Shown here piece by piece: positions 38,251 through 51,289 of a DNA stretch of 64,000 bases. Position 1 is the stretch's first letter. Each line of letters begins with the position of its first letter. Source of the stretch: Gekko japonicus (taxonomy: Eukaryota); the NCBI RefSeq assembly GCF_001447785.1, contig NW_015169179.1, forward strand, positions 95,069 through 159,068, read 5' to 3'. Under the pieces are notes generated by a model. It saw nothing but the letters and a program-made list of their open reading frames with translations, made no database searches and was not told the origin of the DNA. A program made the translations under genes and the position numbers.

Positions 38251-38515
38251 GAAGAAGAAGATACCAGATTTATACCCCATCCTTCACTACCCAGAGGAGT
38301 CTCAGAGTGGCTTACAAACTCCTTTCCCTTCCCTCCCCACAACAGACACCCTGTGAGGTAGGTGGAGCTGAGAGAATGACAGAAACTTCTCTTTTTCAAG
38401 GACAGCTGTGCCAGAACTATGGCTTGCCCAAGGTCATCCAGCAGGTGCAAGTGGAGGAGTGGGGAATTAAACCCGGTAGTAGAGTCCTCACACTTAACCA
38501 CTACACCAAACTGGA
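38251..38515 (-). mobile_element. tRNA-derived SINE (Squam3-like)
   Basis: cttaaccactacaccaaactgg head and (GAA)n tail on the + strand. Confidence 0.88.
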
Positions 38516-39167
38516 AGAAAGGCTTGCCTTTGTCTCCTGTGTGATTGAGGCAGCCTGGCCAGGAAGCAAGCTCTGGCTTGTTCCCTCCCTCCTTCTGGGA
38601 GGAGGAGGGGAGGAGCCTCAGCCAGTGCAGGGAACAGAAGCTTGTCTATCTATCTCTCCTGTGCGATTGAGAGAGTCTGGTAAAGCAAGTTGTGACGCAG
38701 CAGCAGAACTGGAGAAAGAAGCAGGAGACAGCCAGTTCCTTGCGGGCTGGATAGGAGCCCTCCAAGAGCCTGATCCAACCCATGGGTCGCATGTTTAACA
38801 CCTCTGTTGTATATGCTATGCAGTATGCAAATGATGGGGACTTTCTCATCTAAATGATCCCTGCTCAACTCTTTGGACCATCCCATGGAGCTCCACAGCA
38901 CTTTAATAGTTGCATCTATAAGAACAAAACCTTAGGAACAAAGAGAAATGCCAAGCTTTGAAAATCAAGTGGCTGATGCTTCCCAGTCTGTCCAGAACTT
39001 CCGATCTGGCAGGCAAGATTAGGAGTGCAGCAATTCCTTTGCTCAGGCAAATGAAATGCACACCTGCAGTTCAGATTGTGACTTCACATTTTGTTCACGG
39101 CTAGGGACAAGTGCAGTACTAGAAAACATCCATCAAAAGATTGCAGATTCTTTCCCTGCAGGCAGCA

Positions 39168-39430
39168 TCATTCAGCCTTGACTGGTAATGTCTTGTAAGG
39201 GTTTAGAATGCCTTTGGGGTCCAGCATGGCCTTGAACTGCTGCATGAGAAGGATAGCCTCCCGTGGCTTACTGTAGTGGATATAATGCTTCTTCTTGAAA
39301 CCCAGCCCATGTTCCGCGCTGATACTTCCACAATACTGGGATGTCCACTCGTACACATAGGGTTCAATGGCTTCCTGCAGTGAATGACTATAAGACTCTG
39401 CTGTGATGTTCAGGTGCAAGTTTCCATCTC
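39168..39430 (-). CDS. D2HGDH: D-2-hydroxyglutarate dehydrogenase, terminal exon
   Basis: [29 protein letters not shown]; TGA at 39168-39170; 263 bp. Confidence 0.97.
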
Positions 39431-39938
39431 CTGCCAAAAGAAACCAGAGCTGGGAATTGGATGGTTTCAAAACAGAAATGTAAGCTGGCTGTGCTATCCA
39501 ACAGTGCTTCGTATTTCCACTCCATGTTTTCAAGGGGTAGACTTGCTTTCTTCAGTCCTCAGGGATCTTACCTGCTCTCCAGTTAAAGCCAGAGATTCTG
39601 GCACTATTTCAGACTGCCCCTTAACCACTCAAAGGTATGAGTCACAATGCAGCAGGGAGGTAAATATACATAAATGAGGTACAATTTCTATCCCATTTTT
39701 AGCCCACCCTTTCTCCAAGAACCTCAGAGTAAACAGCTGGCCCCTGATCATGCTACTGCTAGCAAGGGAGGAGGGAAATCTTGTCAGGTTGTCCCTTTAA
39801 GGGAGGGGGCAGTCATGTCTATCTTGGTCCTGAGGCGAGAAACAAGAGCTGAACCAAGGTCAGTCTCTCAGCTTATCCACTATGCTACCCTAAATATGAA
39901 ACAATAAAGGATGCTTTTAAGCACGCTCTCCAACTCAC

Positions 39939-40104
39939 CAAGATGGCCATAGCCCACAACACTCCTGGCACTTCTGCCCAGCCGTGCCCTCAAGTCAGTC
40001 ACCAGATCATAAAGTTTATCCACAGGAAGGGAAATGTCATATTTGTAAATATATCCATCACATGCTAGGGCCTCTGTGATCCGCTCCCTTAAAGCCCACA
40101 GCAT
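39939..40104 (-). CDS. D2HGDH: D2HGDH coding exon 8
   Basis: [29 protein letters not shown]; 166 bp; GT-AG. Confidence 0.97.
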
Positions 40105-41157
40105 CTGTTGTTGACCAAAGCAGCAAATTAGATGGAATCAAAATGGATCTGATTTAATCTGATTTCTTTTTTTACATTCCCTGTGAATGGCTGCGGAAAA
40201 ATGGCCCATTGCTAGCAATGCTACTGGACTAGCCTTTCATGCTGCTGGGACATAGGTGGGTGGTCAAAAGGACTCATTGATCTTCAAATTACTGTGAACT
40301 TGCTCTGAATTTAATGATTCACCAAAAGATAATTTAACACTGTTGGAAATGCCTTTGCAACTGTCAACTTCTCTGTCATGCAGAATTCCTGCTCTTCCAG
40401 CCTCATAAAGATCACCAAACGCTTTTCAGCCCCATCTTAACTTGCAGCAATGTCTAGCTGTTAGAATACAGAATTCCTGTCTTGCTGTATGAGATCTTAT
40501 TTCTGTTGTGTCAAAAAGAGAAAGCAGATACAATTTCAACATAAGCAACACTTACGTAACACCTTTTTTTTTTTAACCAAACTGTACCCAACACAGCAAG
40601 CTGTTTGGGAAGGCCACCAGCATTGTATCGTCACAACTTTATCAGTTCTGCTGCCATGGATTACATACCAATCACAAACAGACACAAAAGGCCCTGCTGA
40701 ATACAAACCTTAAACACACGTGGCTTCTAGTACATGCTAAGAGGCAAAGAGATGATTATGAACACCTTTTATACACACCTGATTTCTGCCTCAAAGATGT
40801 CTATTCTGTTCTACCACTTTCATCCTATGCCTTCTCTAAGGAGCTCAGGGTGGCATACAAGAACTTCATGGCATGGCAGACAGGGTGTTTAACTCCTGCT
40901 GCTTAATACTGAGGCCAAATCCTCACTTAAAGGTTTTTAATTAGTCTTCTAATTAATAATATGAAATGGGGCTGCCAAAAACTGAACAGAACATGAGCAG
41001 TATTAAATAGCAGAGAACAGTACAGTAGCTACAGCTTTTTCCTTTGAACATCCAGCAGTTTGAGACCAGTGGGGAAATAGATGAACATCTATCAGTTCAT
41101 AGCTCAGATTCAGAAGAGACTGCTGAGACACGTACATCAGTGGAGCAGGGAAATTAC

Positions 41158-41300
41158 CTTTATTTTTTTGTCTTCTGAAGCCAAAGTTCCATCTGCCACC
41201 AAGTTGGTGGCCATGACATGTTCCAGGAAGTTGCTCAGTTTTTCTTCATCATGGGCAGAATTAGAACCTGAAGTCTCAATTAAGACATAAAATGGACTTT
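41158..41300 (-). CDS. D2HGDH: D2HGDH coding exon 7
   Basis: SPFYVLIETSGSNSAHDEEKL; 143 bp; GT-AG. Confidence 0.97.
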
Positions 41301-41809
41301 CTGGAAATGCGAGAGCAGAATTAGTCACAATCAGCAGAAATACATTGTGATGACGATTCAAAATACATATTCTCCCTCTCAATAAAATACTCTCGAGGCA
41401 ACTTAGAAGAATCAATAAAATATGTGAGATGCCACAAAATCACTCCCATAAAGAAGCACGAGAAAACGTATATACACTACAGAAACCATGCAAAAGTAGT
41501 GATGGTGGTGGAAAGTGCCGTTGAGTCACAGCTGACTTATGGTGACCTCATAGGGTTTCAAGGCAAGAGACATTTGGAGGTGGTTTGCCGTTGCCTGTCT
41601 TCATGTTACTACCTTGGAATTCCTTGAAGGTCTCCCATCCAAATATTGGCCAGAGCCAAAGCTTCCCAGATCCAACAAGATTGGGCTAGCCAAGGAGCTA
41701 TCCAGGTCAGGGAATGCAACAGTAGCATCCTGTTTAAAAATCAGCAGCAGAATGTTTTTTTAAAAATGGTAACAGACAGAACATGAAATTAAGCAAACTC
41801 CGGAGCACG

Positions 41810-41870
41810 CCGGAAGACAGGAGGGCCTGGCGTGATGTGGTCCATGGGGTCGCGAAGAGTCGGACTCAAC
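41810..41870 (+). mobile_element. Short BovB 3' fragment
   Basis: gaagacaggagggcctggcgtg..gtccatggggtcgcgaagagtcggac. Confidence 0.7.
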
Positions 41871-43009
41871 GGTGCTCATCTTAATGTTTGGGAGAATAAT
41901 AGCATTTGTGTCTGGCACAAAAGCCAAACACCAGAGGAACTTTTGTGGAGAGGTACCTCCAGAGACTTTAGCACCACTACAAAAGGCACTGTCCCTGGTA
42001 CTCATTCACCTGACTTCTGGAAATCATCAGAAGATAATCTTAGCCAGAGGGCAGGTGGCAATCCTTCAGGGTTTTTAGTATAAATCTTTGTATTATGCAT
42101 GTAACATTAGTTTTAAAATGTGTATAATATGGGCACAAGTGACTGCCTATAATTTCCTGTACCATGCATACATCAGTTCCATAGTTCAAAATTCATTTGA
42201 AGTATTTCCACTGCAGGAAGAAGAAATTGCTAATGTTTATCTAAAATGTCAGATTTTCTTAAAATGAATCCTGCCCAGTGGGTCAGATCAAATGAGGAGG
42301 AAAAGACTTTGTACTAAGTGACATCACTGAGCTAAATGTAGTCTTTTCTTTTTTTAAAAGAAATTCTCTAAAGGAGATTTTTAAACATAGCAAAAGCAAT
42401 AAACAGATGAGTGGGGTCACTTGTCACAGAGTCCTAGTGAACTGTCCCAGCTGGCACTGCCAAAAACAAGTAACAAAATGTGAATCAATAAATCTGAAAT
42501 CAACACTGAGAGTTGTGGCAGTCATACTGAAATTTACCATGTCTGAGCAAATTCACTGCATGTTCACTCTGAGCCAGGAATATGTACCTCAATAGGCATT
42601 ATGTCTGATCATGAGATCTGCATTCATGAAATATTTTTAACCCTTTTTGTGCCTGAACAGCATTTGTATTCTTACCAATCCCATAATCACCTTTAATACA
42701 AATGGTCGCTCACTGGATGCTCATAGGTATACCAACCCTTCCCCCTGTTCCTCTAGTATAACAGAATTTATAAAACACTGATGTAAATGGCAGGATACAG
42801 AACTTCTCCAAGTGAATAATGTACGCACAGGTTATTTGTGCAATTTTAAAAATACAAAACCTAAGATGCAGTGTAACCAGAACCTAGATTATATACCACA
42901 ACTGGTATATTTCAACTCAGCCATTAGTTTTATGGAAATCTGATGCCTGGGCAAATTAAATTGGTAATGGAATTCCTTCAGTAGGTTTTGTGCATGACTA
43001 CTTAAGTAC

Positions 43010-43153
43010 CTGCCACTGGGTTGACCAGTTTGAGATGTCTTTTAACTAGCTCCATGCACTCATTGTCCATGAACTCATATGCAGATAGGATCTCTCCTAA
43101 CATCCCCTTGCAGGTAGTGAAGGTTCTCAGGACCTGAGAAAAACTTGGACAAC
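43010..43153 (-). CDS. D2HGDH: D2HGDH coding exon 6
   Basis: [29 protein letters not shown]; 144 bp; not in the ORF track, read manually. Confidence 0.95.
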
Positions 43154-43776
43154 CTTTGCAGAGACAACAAATCACAAAAAAGAAAATAAGACAGAAGAAT
43201 TAAAAACTGTGGTGAAGCAATCATGATTTAAAGTATTTCTGAAAGGAAGCCACTTGGTCAGAAAGTACTAGAGGCCAAAGCCCCACTTAAGGGACAAGAA
43301 GAAAATGGCAGGTTGTGTTTTGGCTACTTCTAGCTAACCAGTGAGCTCTCTCTTCACAGCACATTTTCCAGGAAGCATGTGTTCCATTCCAAAAATACTG
43401 TGAAACACCAGTAATAGCAATCTTAGAGATGGCACCCATTAGAAAATTAGATTATAATTCCTATGCATACAAAATTACTATTTTCTTCCTCAGATAAGCA
43501 GTTCTTTAACTGATGAAAAGCAGCTGGTTGGTTCTGCTAATTTCTTTCTCTCTTCTTGCCTTGCACACATCAACCTTCACCTCCATCCACTTTTTTGTTA
43601 ACAGGTCTAGTTATCACATTTTTGTAATAAGAGCTAATCTCTGAAGGATCACTACAGTTTTACTTCAAAAACTGTTGCATCCAAGTACAGTCTTCTGATA
43701 CACCATCAAAAGAGCTGTGTTAGCACAAGCCATTACAAACAGCACACCTGAAAGTGAACTGGAGAGATGCCTTTAC

Positions 43777-43945
43777 CAAGAAATGCCAGATTCACAGCTT
43801 TGGGTTTCTGTGGACAGAGGATTGACACAGCCGTAACAATTCCCAAGGTCCCCTCTGATCCAATGAAAAGCTGCTTCAAGTCATAGCCAGTATTGTCCTT
43901 CCGCAGAGATGCCAAGCAGTTCAGAATGGAGCCATCAGCCAACAC
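43777..43945 (-). CDS. D2HGDH: D2HGDH coding exon 5
   Basis: [27 protein letters not shown]; 169 bp. Confidence 0.97.
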
Positions 43946-44231
43946 CTGGAAGGGGGCACATTTAAACCGATCAGTCATAGGTCTGCTTAAAATAGAACAA
44001 AGCAGGCTACAATAAGATTATGTGATCCAATTTACTTTCAGAATTCTAATAGAAGCTTAGTCTATGTTAATGGAACAGGCGAGGTTCATTTTAAAATCTC
44101 AGGAAAATCATACCTACAATAGGAGATTATGATTCAGAGAGTAAGAGAAAGGCACACATTGAATGGCAGTGAACACAGACAGACAGGAATAAGACAAAAC
44201 ACAGGCAGCAGCTTTCAGACTTCCATCTTAC

Positions 44232-44425
44232 CGCTTCTAAACCCAGGACTGTCCCTCGGAGAGAGCCATACCTCAGGAGTCGCAATCCACCAGCATTTGT
44301 TGCCACATTGCCACCAATATGGCAACTGCCCTTTGCTGCTAAATCAAGAGGCATGATGAAGTCCTGCTGCTCCAGATAGTGGTTGAGGTTTTCTAAGATG
44401 CAGCCAGCCTGGCAAACCAAGATCC
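44232..44425 (-). CDS. D2HGDH: D2HGDH coding exon 4
   Basis: [34 protein letters not shown]; 194 bp. Confidence 0.97.
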
Positions 44426-45730
44426 CTGAAAACAAAGCTTCAAGGTTACACTCTTAACACAAAGGTGCCACTGAACTCAAACTTTGTTCTACTGCTTCAG
44501 ACCAACACGGCTACCCACCTGACTGACACAAAATACTAATTTGACCAGAGAAGTAGCACAGGGGCTAGAGGCCCTTTTCCCATGAACTGTGATCTTAATC
44601 ACCCCCTCAAACTTGTATTTGCTCCAAAGCTGAATAAATACATGTGCTATTATTCCTTCCCTAAACTGCACGGGATCAGCCATGAATCTCCTGTTAGACT
44701 ACATTATTAGGCCCTAAGAGGTGATGCAAATGTACATGTTTGATAGTGCAGTACCCCACCCAAAGAATCCTACACAGGTTGTAGGGCTCTGTCCTTTCCC
44801 TTCTTGAAGGGGAAGATGAGGTGCTTGACAACACAGAAACCATTTATCTACCTCAAACAGAACCTGAGCAGCTTTCTTATTTGGCATATTTGGCTTTCAT
44901 TTGCATGGTCTTCCACTTCTCATTTACTGGCAGTAACACCTCCAGCACTAGAGATGCTATGCTATTTCTTGCAGTACAGCAGTTATTGCAGCCTTGTTCT
45001 TTGTGACTGGGCAGTGTTCAACTAACACTTTTGAGTAGGTAAGCTCTCTCTGGCCTTTATTTTAGGCTTGACATCTGTTGCTAGTGGGAAATGGCATAAT
45101 GTTCCTAAAAAGCAAGAAAATGAGATGTGGCTTGGGAGATGAAATCTTGACTCTGCAACAAACTCACTAACAACAACACAGAGTTATACTTTTCTAAGGT
45201 CACTGAAGTCAATGGACTCTACTTAGGATAGTTTGGGGAGGATAGCCATGTTGGTCTGCAGTAGAAGAACGAGATTTGAGTCCAGTAGCATCTTAAAGAC
45301 CAACAAAATTTCCAGGGTATAAGCTTTCAAGAATCAAAGCAGATGAAGGGAGCTTTGACTCCTGGGAAATCTGGTTGGTCTTTTAAGAAGCTGGTAGACT
45401 TCAATCTTGTTCTTCCACTGAGGACTGCAGTGTTAGTGGCCTTAAGCAAGTCTGTCTCTCTCAGCCTCAGCTCCCCATTTTCAACAAGGGAATAATACTG
45501 GCCTACTTTTTTAGGCTGTTGTAAGGACTGCAGCAAGATAATGTGCATAATGTGCACTTTGAACACCCTCCCCCATTTTTGTTGTTGGGAAGAAGGGGAG
45601 AAATTCAATTTTGCCAGGACTTCCAAGTTCAGTAAACTTCCATCTTATCCCTCCAGAAAAGAACTTTTCAGAGGATGGTAAACTTTAAAGGATGACCAGA
45701 TAAGCCATTTTCCTACAAAAAGATATTTAC

Positions 45731-45870
45731 CAGAAACACTGTCGAAGCTGATGATCTTGTTCATAAGAGCTGTGGAGAGAATGATCTCATCAAAGACAGG
45801 GACGCTGCCCCCAACGAGGCCAGTGTTACCCCCTTGAGGGTTCACAGCCAAGTTCCTCTCATTGCAGTAC
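45731..45870 (-). CDS. D2HGDH: D2HGDH coding exon 3
   Basis: [29 protein letters not shown]-binding motif; 140 bp. Confidence 0.97.
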
Positions 45871-47127
45871 CTGAAAGGGAACACATTTTGCCCATGGGGG
45901 TCTTGTTCCTAAGGGCAAAGATGCCTTTGAACATTCAGTGCTTGTGAACCTCAAAGCAGTTCAAGACCTAAGGGCAATTGTAGACTGGTCGCTTCTACTG
46001 CATTTACTTTATGAAATTTTAAAATACATGGTAAAAGAACTATTAGTTAAGTAGCTTTCAAATAATGGGTCAAGACCTCTCATACCAATAGGTCATGAGG
46101 GGTTACAGATTACTGTGACTCTGCAGCAGGACTGGGAGTGCACTCATACACACAAATCCTTTTTTCTTCCAACAAAATTATATGGGAGAGTTTGCAGCTG
46201 CATGGAGTGTAAACTGGGCAGTACGTCTAGACAGTCGCAATGATTCTCGTGGTTGCCACAATGGAAGAAGGGTAGCTGAAACTGCAGAAGCACTTCCAGC
46301 TATCTCAACATTCTGCCTAGTTCACACTGTGTTGCCATGTGGTCACACACACACACACACACACAAAACCCCCAACATGGCCTGCATGCGTGAACTGTCC
46401 CTGAGACACTTGCGTGTTCCTTTGACTTAAACTGAGAGGTCAAATATTTGCAAGCAGCATTTTGATGGCAGAATCTGTTTTTAGCTTCCCCAAAGGACTA
46501 GACGTCACTTGTTATTTTGAACCACATGATCTATCTAGTTAATTAGTACCTGGGGTCTTTTCAAAGCCATTGAAGATTTTCCTTTTCTGACTGTTCAGAT
46601 AGTAGAGCAGAAAACCACACAAGTTCATCCATGTTCCTACATAGTAACAGCCCTACACTCATCGACTACGAGTCTATCATAGAATCCCCAGGAATGAGGA
46701 ATTGAGAAATAATTCTTAGTTTCAGAGGCACAATGTGTACACATTAGGAACTTTCATCCCCTTAAAATCCATTTTACATTACTTTATTTCCTTCAGTATT
46801 AAAGACTTAACGGCCATTCTAGCTAGTCATTCCAAAATGCAACATACCGGTAACTCCTTAACACTCTTTAGAGCCTGTACTGTTCATAACAGAACAAAGC
46901 TGAAGAAAATAAGGACTCATCTTTAAAGAGGATTCATAGTCTAGCTCCTGCACTGTGCATTTGATGCGCACAAAAGCTATTTGATTGCTTTTCTTCCTCC
47001 CAAAGTGCATCAGAGAAGATAAAGGTAACAGGAACTGTGGGATAGCATCACATGACTTAAGATAAGTGCTCCTGAACAAGTCTCTTCCATACCTTTCTTA
47101 AGTTCATGCAACTGCAGCTTAAATTAC

Positions 47128-47185
47128 CTGAGAACCTCAGATACTTCCACTGTTGTCCGTGGCTTCAGCAACACTTTACTGTATC
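47128..47185 (-). CDS. D2HGDH: D2HGDH coding exon 2
   Basis: YSKVLLKPRTTVEVSEVL; 58 bp; ttacag acceptor, gtaatt donor. Confidence 0.93.
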
Positions 47186-47976
47186 CTGTAACATAAACAA
47201 AATGTGATTTATATATATTTGAAGCTGTTCATGTGGCTGGCCTATACCATGTCTCCCATTCAGTCAAGTCATCCCCCCAAGGCACTACGTTTCTGAATCA
47301 GCCAGCATTAGGCAGGCTAAGACATGGTACACAGGTACAAAAGTGAATGCCAGTGTAGTAGACTGGTTAGAATGCAGAACTATGAATGGAAAGATCAAAG
47401 CTGAAATCCCTGCTCTGCAAGGAAGTACACTGGGCAACATAAAAGGAGCCCTGCTGGGTCAGACTAATGGCCCATCCAGTCCCACCAAACAGGGCATAGA
47501 AAATGAGGACTTTCCTGGATGTTGCCTCCTGGCACTGGTATTCAGAGGTTTACTGTGTCTAAATATGGAGGTTCCCTTTAGTCATCCTGGCTAGTAGCCA
47601 TGAATCTATCCAACACCTTTTAATGTTATTTGTGCTTGTGGCCATCACACTGTCCATTGGCAGTGAATTCCACTTTAACTACTCAGTGACTAAAGAAGTA
47701 TTTTGGTCTTTCTGATCAACTTCATTGGGTGACCTGGGGCCAGACATACTCTCTCACCTTAACCTACCCCACAAGGCTGTTGAGATAAAATGGAAGAAGA
47801 GAGAAAATGTCCATTATTCTGAGCTCCGTGGAGAACGTAAAATAAATATGTGATAGCAAAATGTCATTTTTTCATTGAAATGCATTTCTTTAAAAAAAGG
47901 AGGCCCGCAGAGTGCTATTAAAGAAAGACCCTGTAACCAGCTAGCATTGTTCAAGTCAAACTGCAACGTAACCTAC

Positions 47977-48361
47977 CTCTCACAGTCTTCAGCCAGTCCA
48001 CATTGAAGGGTTTCAACTCATCTTCATCAGTGATGACTCCGCCAGGCATAAGGCACTCAAAGAATGACAAATCTCGATCAGAAACATGGGCAAAGGGGAG
48101 CCTCTGCACCTCATATCGTTCACTAGTGAGCATCACTTCCTGGAAGCAAAGTGGTGTGGCATGCAGAGTTCTCTTGGTCACGTGGCTGTTGCCGCATGGG
48201 AGTTGTCTCCTCAACAGTTTTGTTTCTTTCTTCTTAAGAGGATACATGGCTGCAGAGCCCATCTGTATATTGAAAGCTTCTCTCAGATATCCAGTCTGCA
48301 ACTTCAGTGGGGTCCAGTGGTGCCAACCCTGGTAGCGTCGGACCACGATGGAAGCAGCCAT
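47977..48361 (-). CDS. D2HGDH: D2HGDH coding exon 1 (mitochondrial presequence and N-terminus)
   Basis: Kozak accATGg just after an acceptor at 48369-48370; [23 protein letters not shown]; 385 bp; total CDS 1662 nt = 553 aa. Confidence 0.92.
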
Positions 48362-48617
48362 GGTTTACCTGCAGTTCAGAAGTAAGGTTAACACCCAGTG
48401 TAATTCTTTCCCTCCAAAAAGCACTCAAATCCAGATTTTTCCTTCCAATAAATCTTTAGTAGCTGAGGCAAATGTATTCCTTGACGAATGTAGAATAGCT
48501 TCATAATCCCCCAGCAAATGACAGAATAAATTTTGTTTATGATAGGATACCCAGGAAAGCTAAAGGCAAAGAGATGTTTTGGGGCATTTATATACATTTA
48601 TACATCTCAGAGCACAA

Positions 48618-48785
48618 AGAGAACATAAGAACATAAGAGAACATAAGAGAAGCCAATGTTGGATCAGGCCAATGGCCCATCCAGTCCAACACTCTGTCAC
48701 ACAGTGGCCAAAAATACCAGGTGCCATCAGGAGGTCCAGCTGTGGGGCCAGGAAACTAGAAGCCTCCCATGCACCAAGAATACAA
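48618..48785 (-). mobile_element. CR1 3' terminal fragment
   Basis: (aagaacat)n tail and CR1 3'UTR. Confidence 0.88.
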
Positions 48786-49949
48786 GTGGTCCCATAGAAT
48801 ACAATTACTCACACAAAATTATTTATTAAAAAACAACCCAGCAACTTTACCACACAGCAATAAAGTGCAACAGATATAAAGTTAAAGCAGTACATTACCC
48901 ATGATACATGCAGGTTAAGGCACATTTAAATCAACACCAGCTTTATTTTTACATATATCCCTAGACACACCATGAACAGAACATTTCTCAGAATTTGTGG
49001 CATCCTGACTCCTCTGTGTAAAGTAGAATCACAGTGATATAGCCTTTGGCAGCAAAAAAGGAAGAAGAAAAAAGGAACCTTGTGACATGCTCAAATTTAA
49101 CCAAGACCAAGCTTTCTTGATGCATAAGCTTTTGGGGGCCTCAATCAACTTTATCAGGCAGCATAAGAATGATGTTACAGTTTAATGAAAGAGGTAGTAC
49201 CTTCCACTGAGGTTCCTCAGTCTGAGCAGGCATCCAAAATGCCCTTCATTCTGTCTTCCCACACCACAAGAGCCTTGCCCACATCACAATAATAAAGAAC
49301 ACAATTTTCTGTACATATATTCAATGTTGCATGGTTTTATAAACTTAAACACCCCATAGTACAAGGGGAAAGACACAGATACTCATGTCTTCTCAGCCTT
49401 TGTTCAAAAAAGCAGCTCAGACGGGGTGTTTCTCAGGGGGGGAAATGTGCAAGAAAACAGATAAACGGTCTCTGCCATTCCCCCTCAAATTTCCAAATAA
49501 AAATGCAGCTTTCAACAACTGCTTTGAGTTTTAAAAAGCAAAACCAAACAAAAACCGAGAAGGAAAAAAATTACAGACCTAAGAGCCAAGTGGAATTTGA
49601 ACAGAGGGCTCCCTTCTCGATCGACCCAGAAAACAGAAATCAGATTTTCCAGACTTCTTCGTTCGTTGTATCTACTATGTACAGAGCAAAGGTTTTTCCT
49701 GGGTCAAATCCTTCCTTTAGCCCACAACAAGAAACGCCCTTGCAATTTGGTCTCCCCACTGAGTTATTAGCATTTTAAAGGACGGGGGATATATTTATGT
49801 TTAACAGACATTTCTTTTCCTCATAATATAAACAACGGAGCCAGTTTTGATTAGCGAAACTAATCGTTAGTTGAAACGCTACCTCTCCTTCCCTGCATGG
49901 AATTGATGCAATCTGAGGTTGCACGAGCAAGCAATTTACACTTTGTGCA

Positions 49950-50460
49950 GGGACAGACATGCGTGATTGTCCTCACTTTTGTTTCTGCCCAGTTCGCATA
50001 TATCTCGGATCGGAGGCGGTTTGTTTGTAAGTAACTGAGGCTCTAGGCGTTATTTGGGTGCACTGCACCCAAACGCTTCAGGAGAGAAATTAGGCTACAA
50101 TTCCGGATACTTAACTGGGATTAAAAGCACTTACTTTTGAGTAGACACACCGAGGATCGTACGTGAAACGATTAGCACCAGAGTGAGAAAAGAGACGGAA
50201 CAGCAGAGTAGAGCTCACGTTTAACGCCGGGCTGGGAATGGCAAGCACCGGGCGACGCTGCGCTGACCTTTAACAAGGCCGAAGACAATTCGTGCATTTT
50301 CTTCTGCAAATGATCCAAGACATCTGCGGATCAACAGCGATCCCTCTCCTTTTCGTCCTCTCGAGACCAACTATAAGAAAGGCATTGTGGGAGTGTAAAT
50401 AAAAAGGGACTGATACATAAGGTAGATTTCTATCGACGCATGCGTGTTACACTGGAAGGG
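49950..50460 (-). promoter_or_regulatory. D2HGDH: CpG-enriched D2HGDH promoter and candidate non-coding exon 1, with ZNF143/Staf-like and NRF1-like motifs
   Basis: Local CpG enrichment; donor AC|GTGAGC at 50218; GGCATTGTGGGAGTGTAAAT at 50381-50400; ACGCATGCGT at 50436-50445. Confidence 0.65.
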
Positions 50461-50522
50461 GGCAGAGGAATCATACCTGTTGTATGTATGTAACTTGCAG
50501 GGCTCTAGTGGGGGGGGGGGGG

Positions 50523-50585
50523 NNNNNNNNNNNNNNNNNNNNNNNNNNNNNNNNNNNNNNNNNNNNNNNNNNNNNNNNNNNNNNN
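50523..50585. other. Assembly gap (63 N) following a poly-G run
   Basis: Directly visible. Confidence 0.99.
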
Positions 50586-51289
50586 GCCCCCTTCTTTACC
50601 CCGCCCTCTGCTTCGATCCTCATTCCGTTTGGGAATGAGGATGAAGCAGGAGGGTAAGTAGCCGGGCCTTCTGACACACTTCCGGTGATGTCAGGGGTTG
50701 TGGCCTTCTGTCACTTCCGGTGATGTCAGGGGGCGTGGCATATGCAAATAAGTTATGCTAATGAGTTATGCTAATGAGCTCCGGCAGCTCTTTTTCTACA
50801 ACAAGACCCCTGGTAACTTGGTTACATATTTTATATTATTATATACTTCCTGAGTATAATTTTGCCTTACGATAAATAATAAATAGAGGAAACAGGAGAC
50901 CAAAGGAAAGACGTTGTATTAAAGACCTCTTCCTTTCCCCCAGCTCTCGTTAGGGGCTCTTTAAAAAGTTATGGCAGCTGCCGCTGTTGGCGGCAGCTGC
51001 AACGGGGGCGGGGCGGGGGCGAAACGTTCTTTTGCCTCCCTGAGCTCCGGGGTGATGTCCGAGAGGTCATTCTGGCTCTCCCAGTTCTCTTTAGGGGCTC
51101 TTTAAAAAGTTCTGGCCACCCCTGCTCACAGGGCGAAAGGTTCCCCGCCTCCCTGAGCACCCGGGGTGGTGGCCTTGGACTCCTAGGGGCAAATTCCACC
51201 TCTCGCATGTGATGTCCAAGCGGCTCAGACAGCACAAGCGAGAGGTCATTCTGGCTCCCCCCGGCTCTCATTAGGGGCTCTTAAAAAAG

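Noticed and set aside
37980-38798. ORFs of 163-173 aa downstream of D2HGDH
   Set aside because: They span a SINE and low-complexity flanks; not coding
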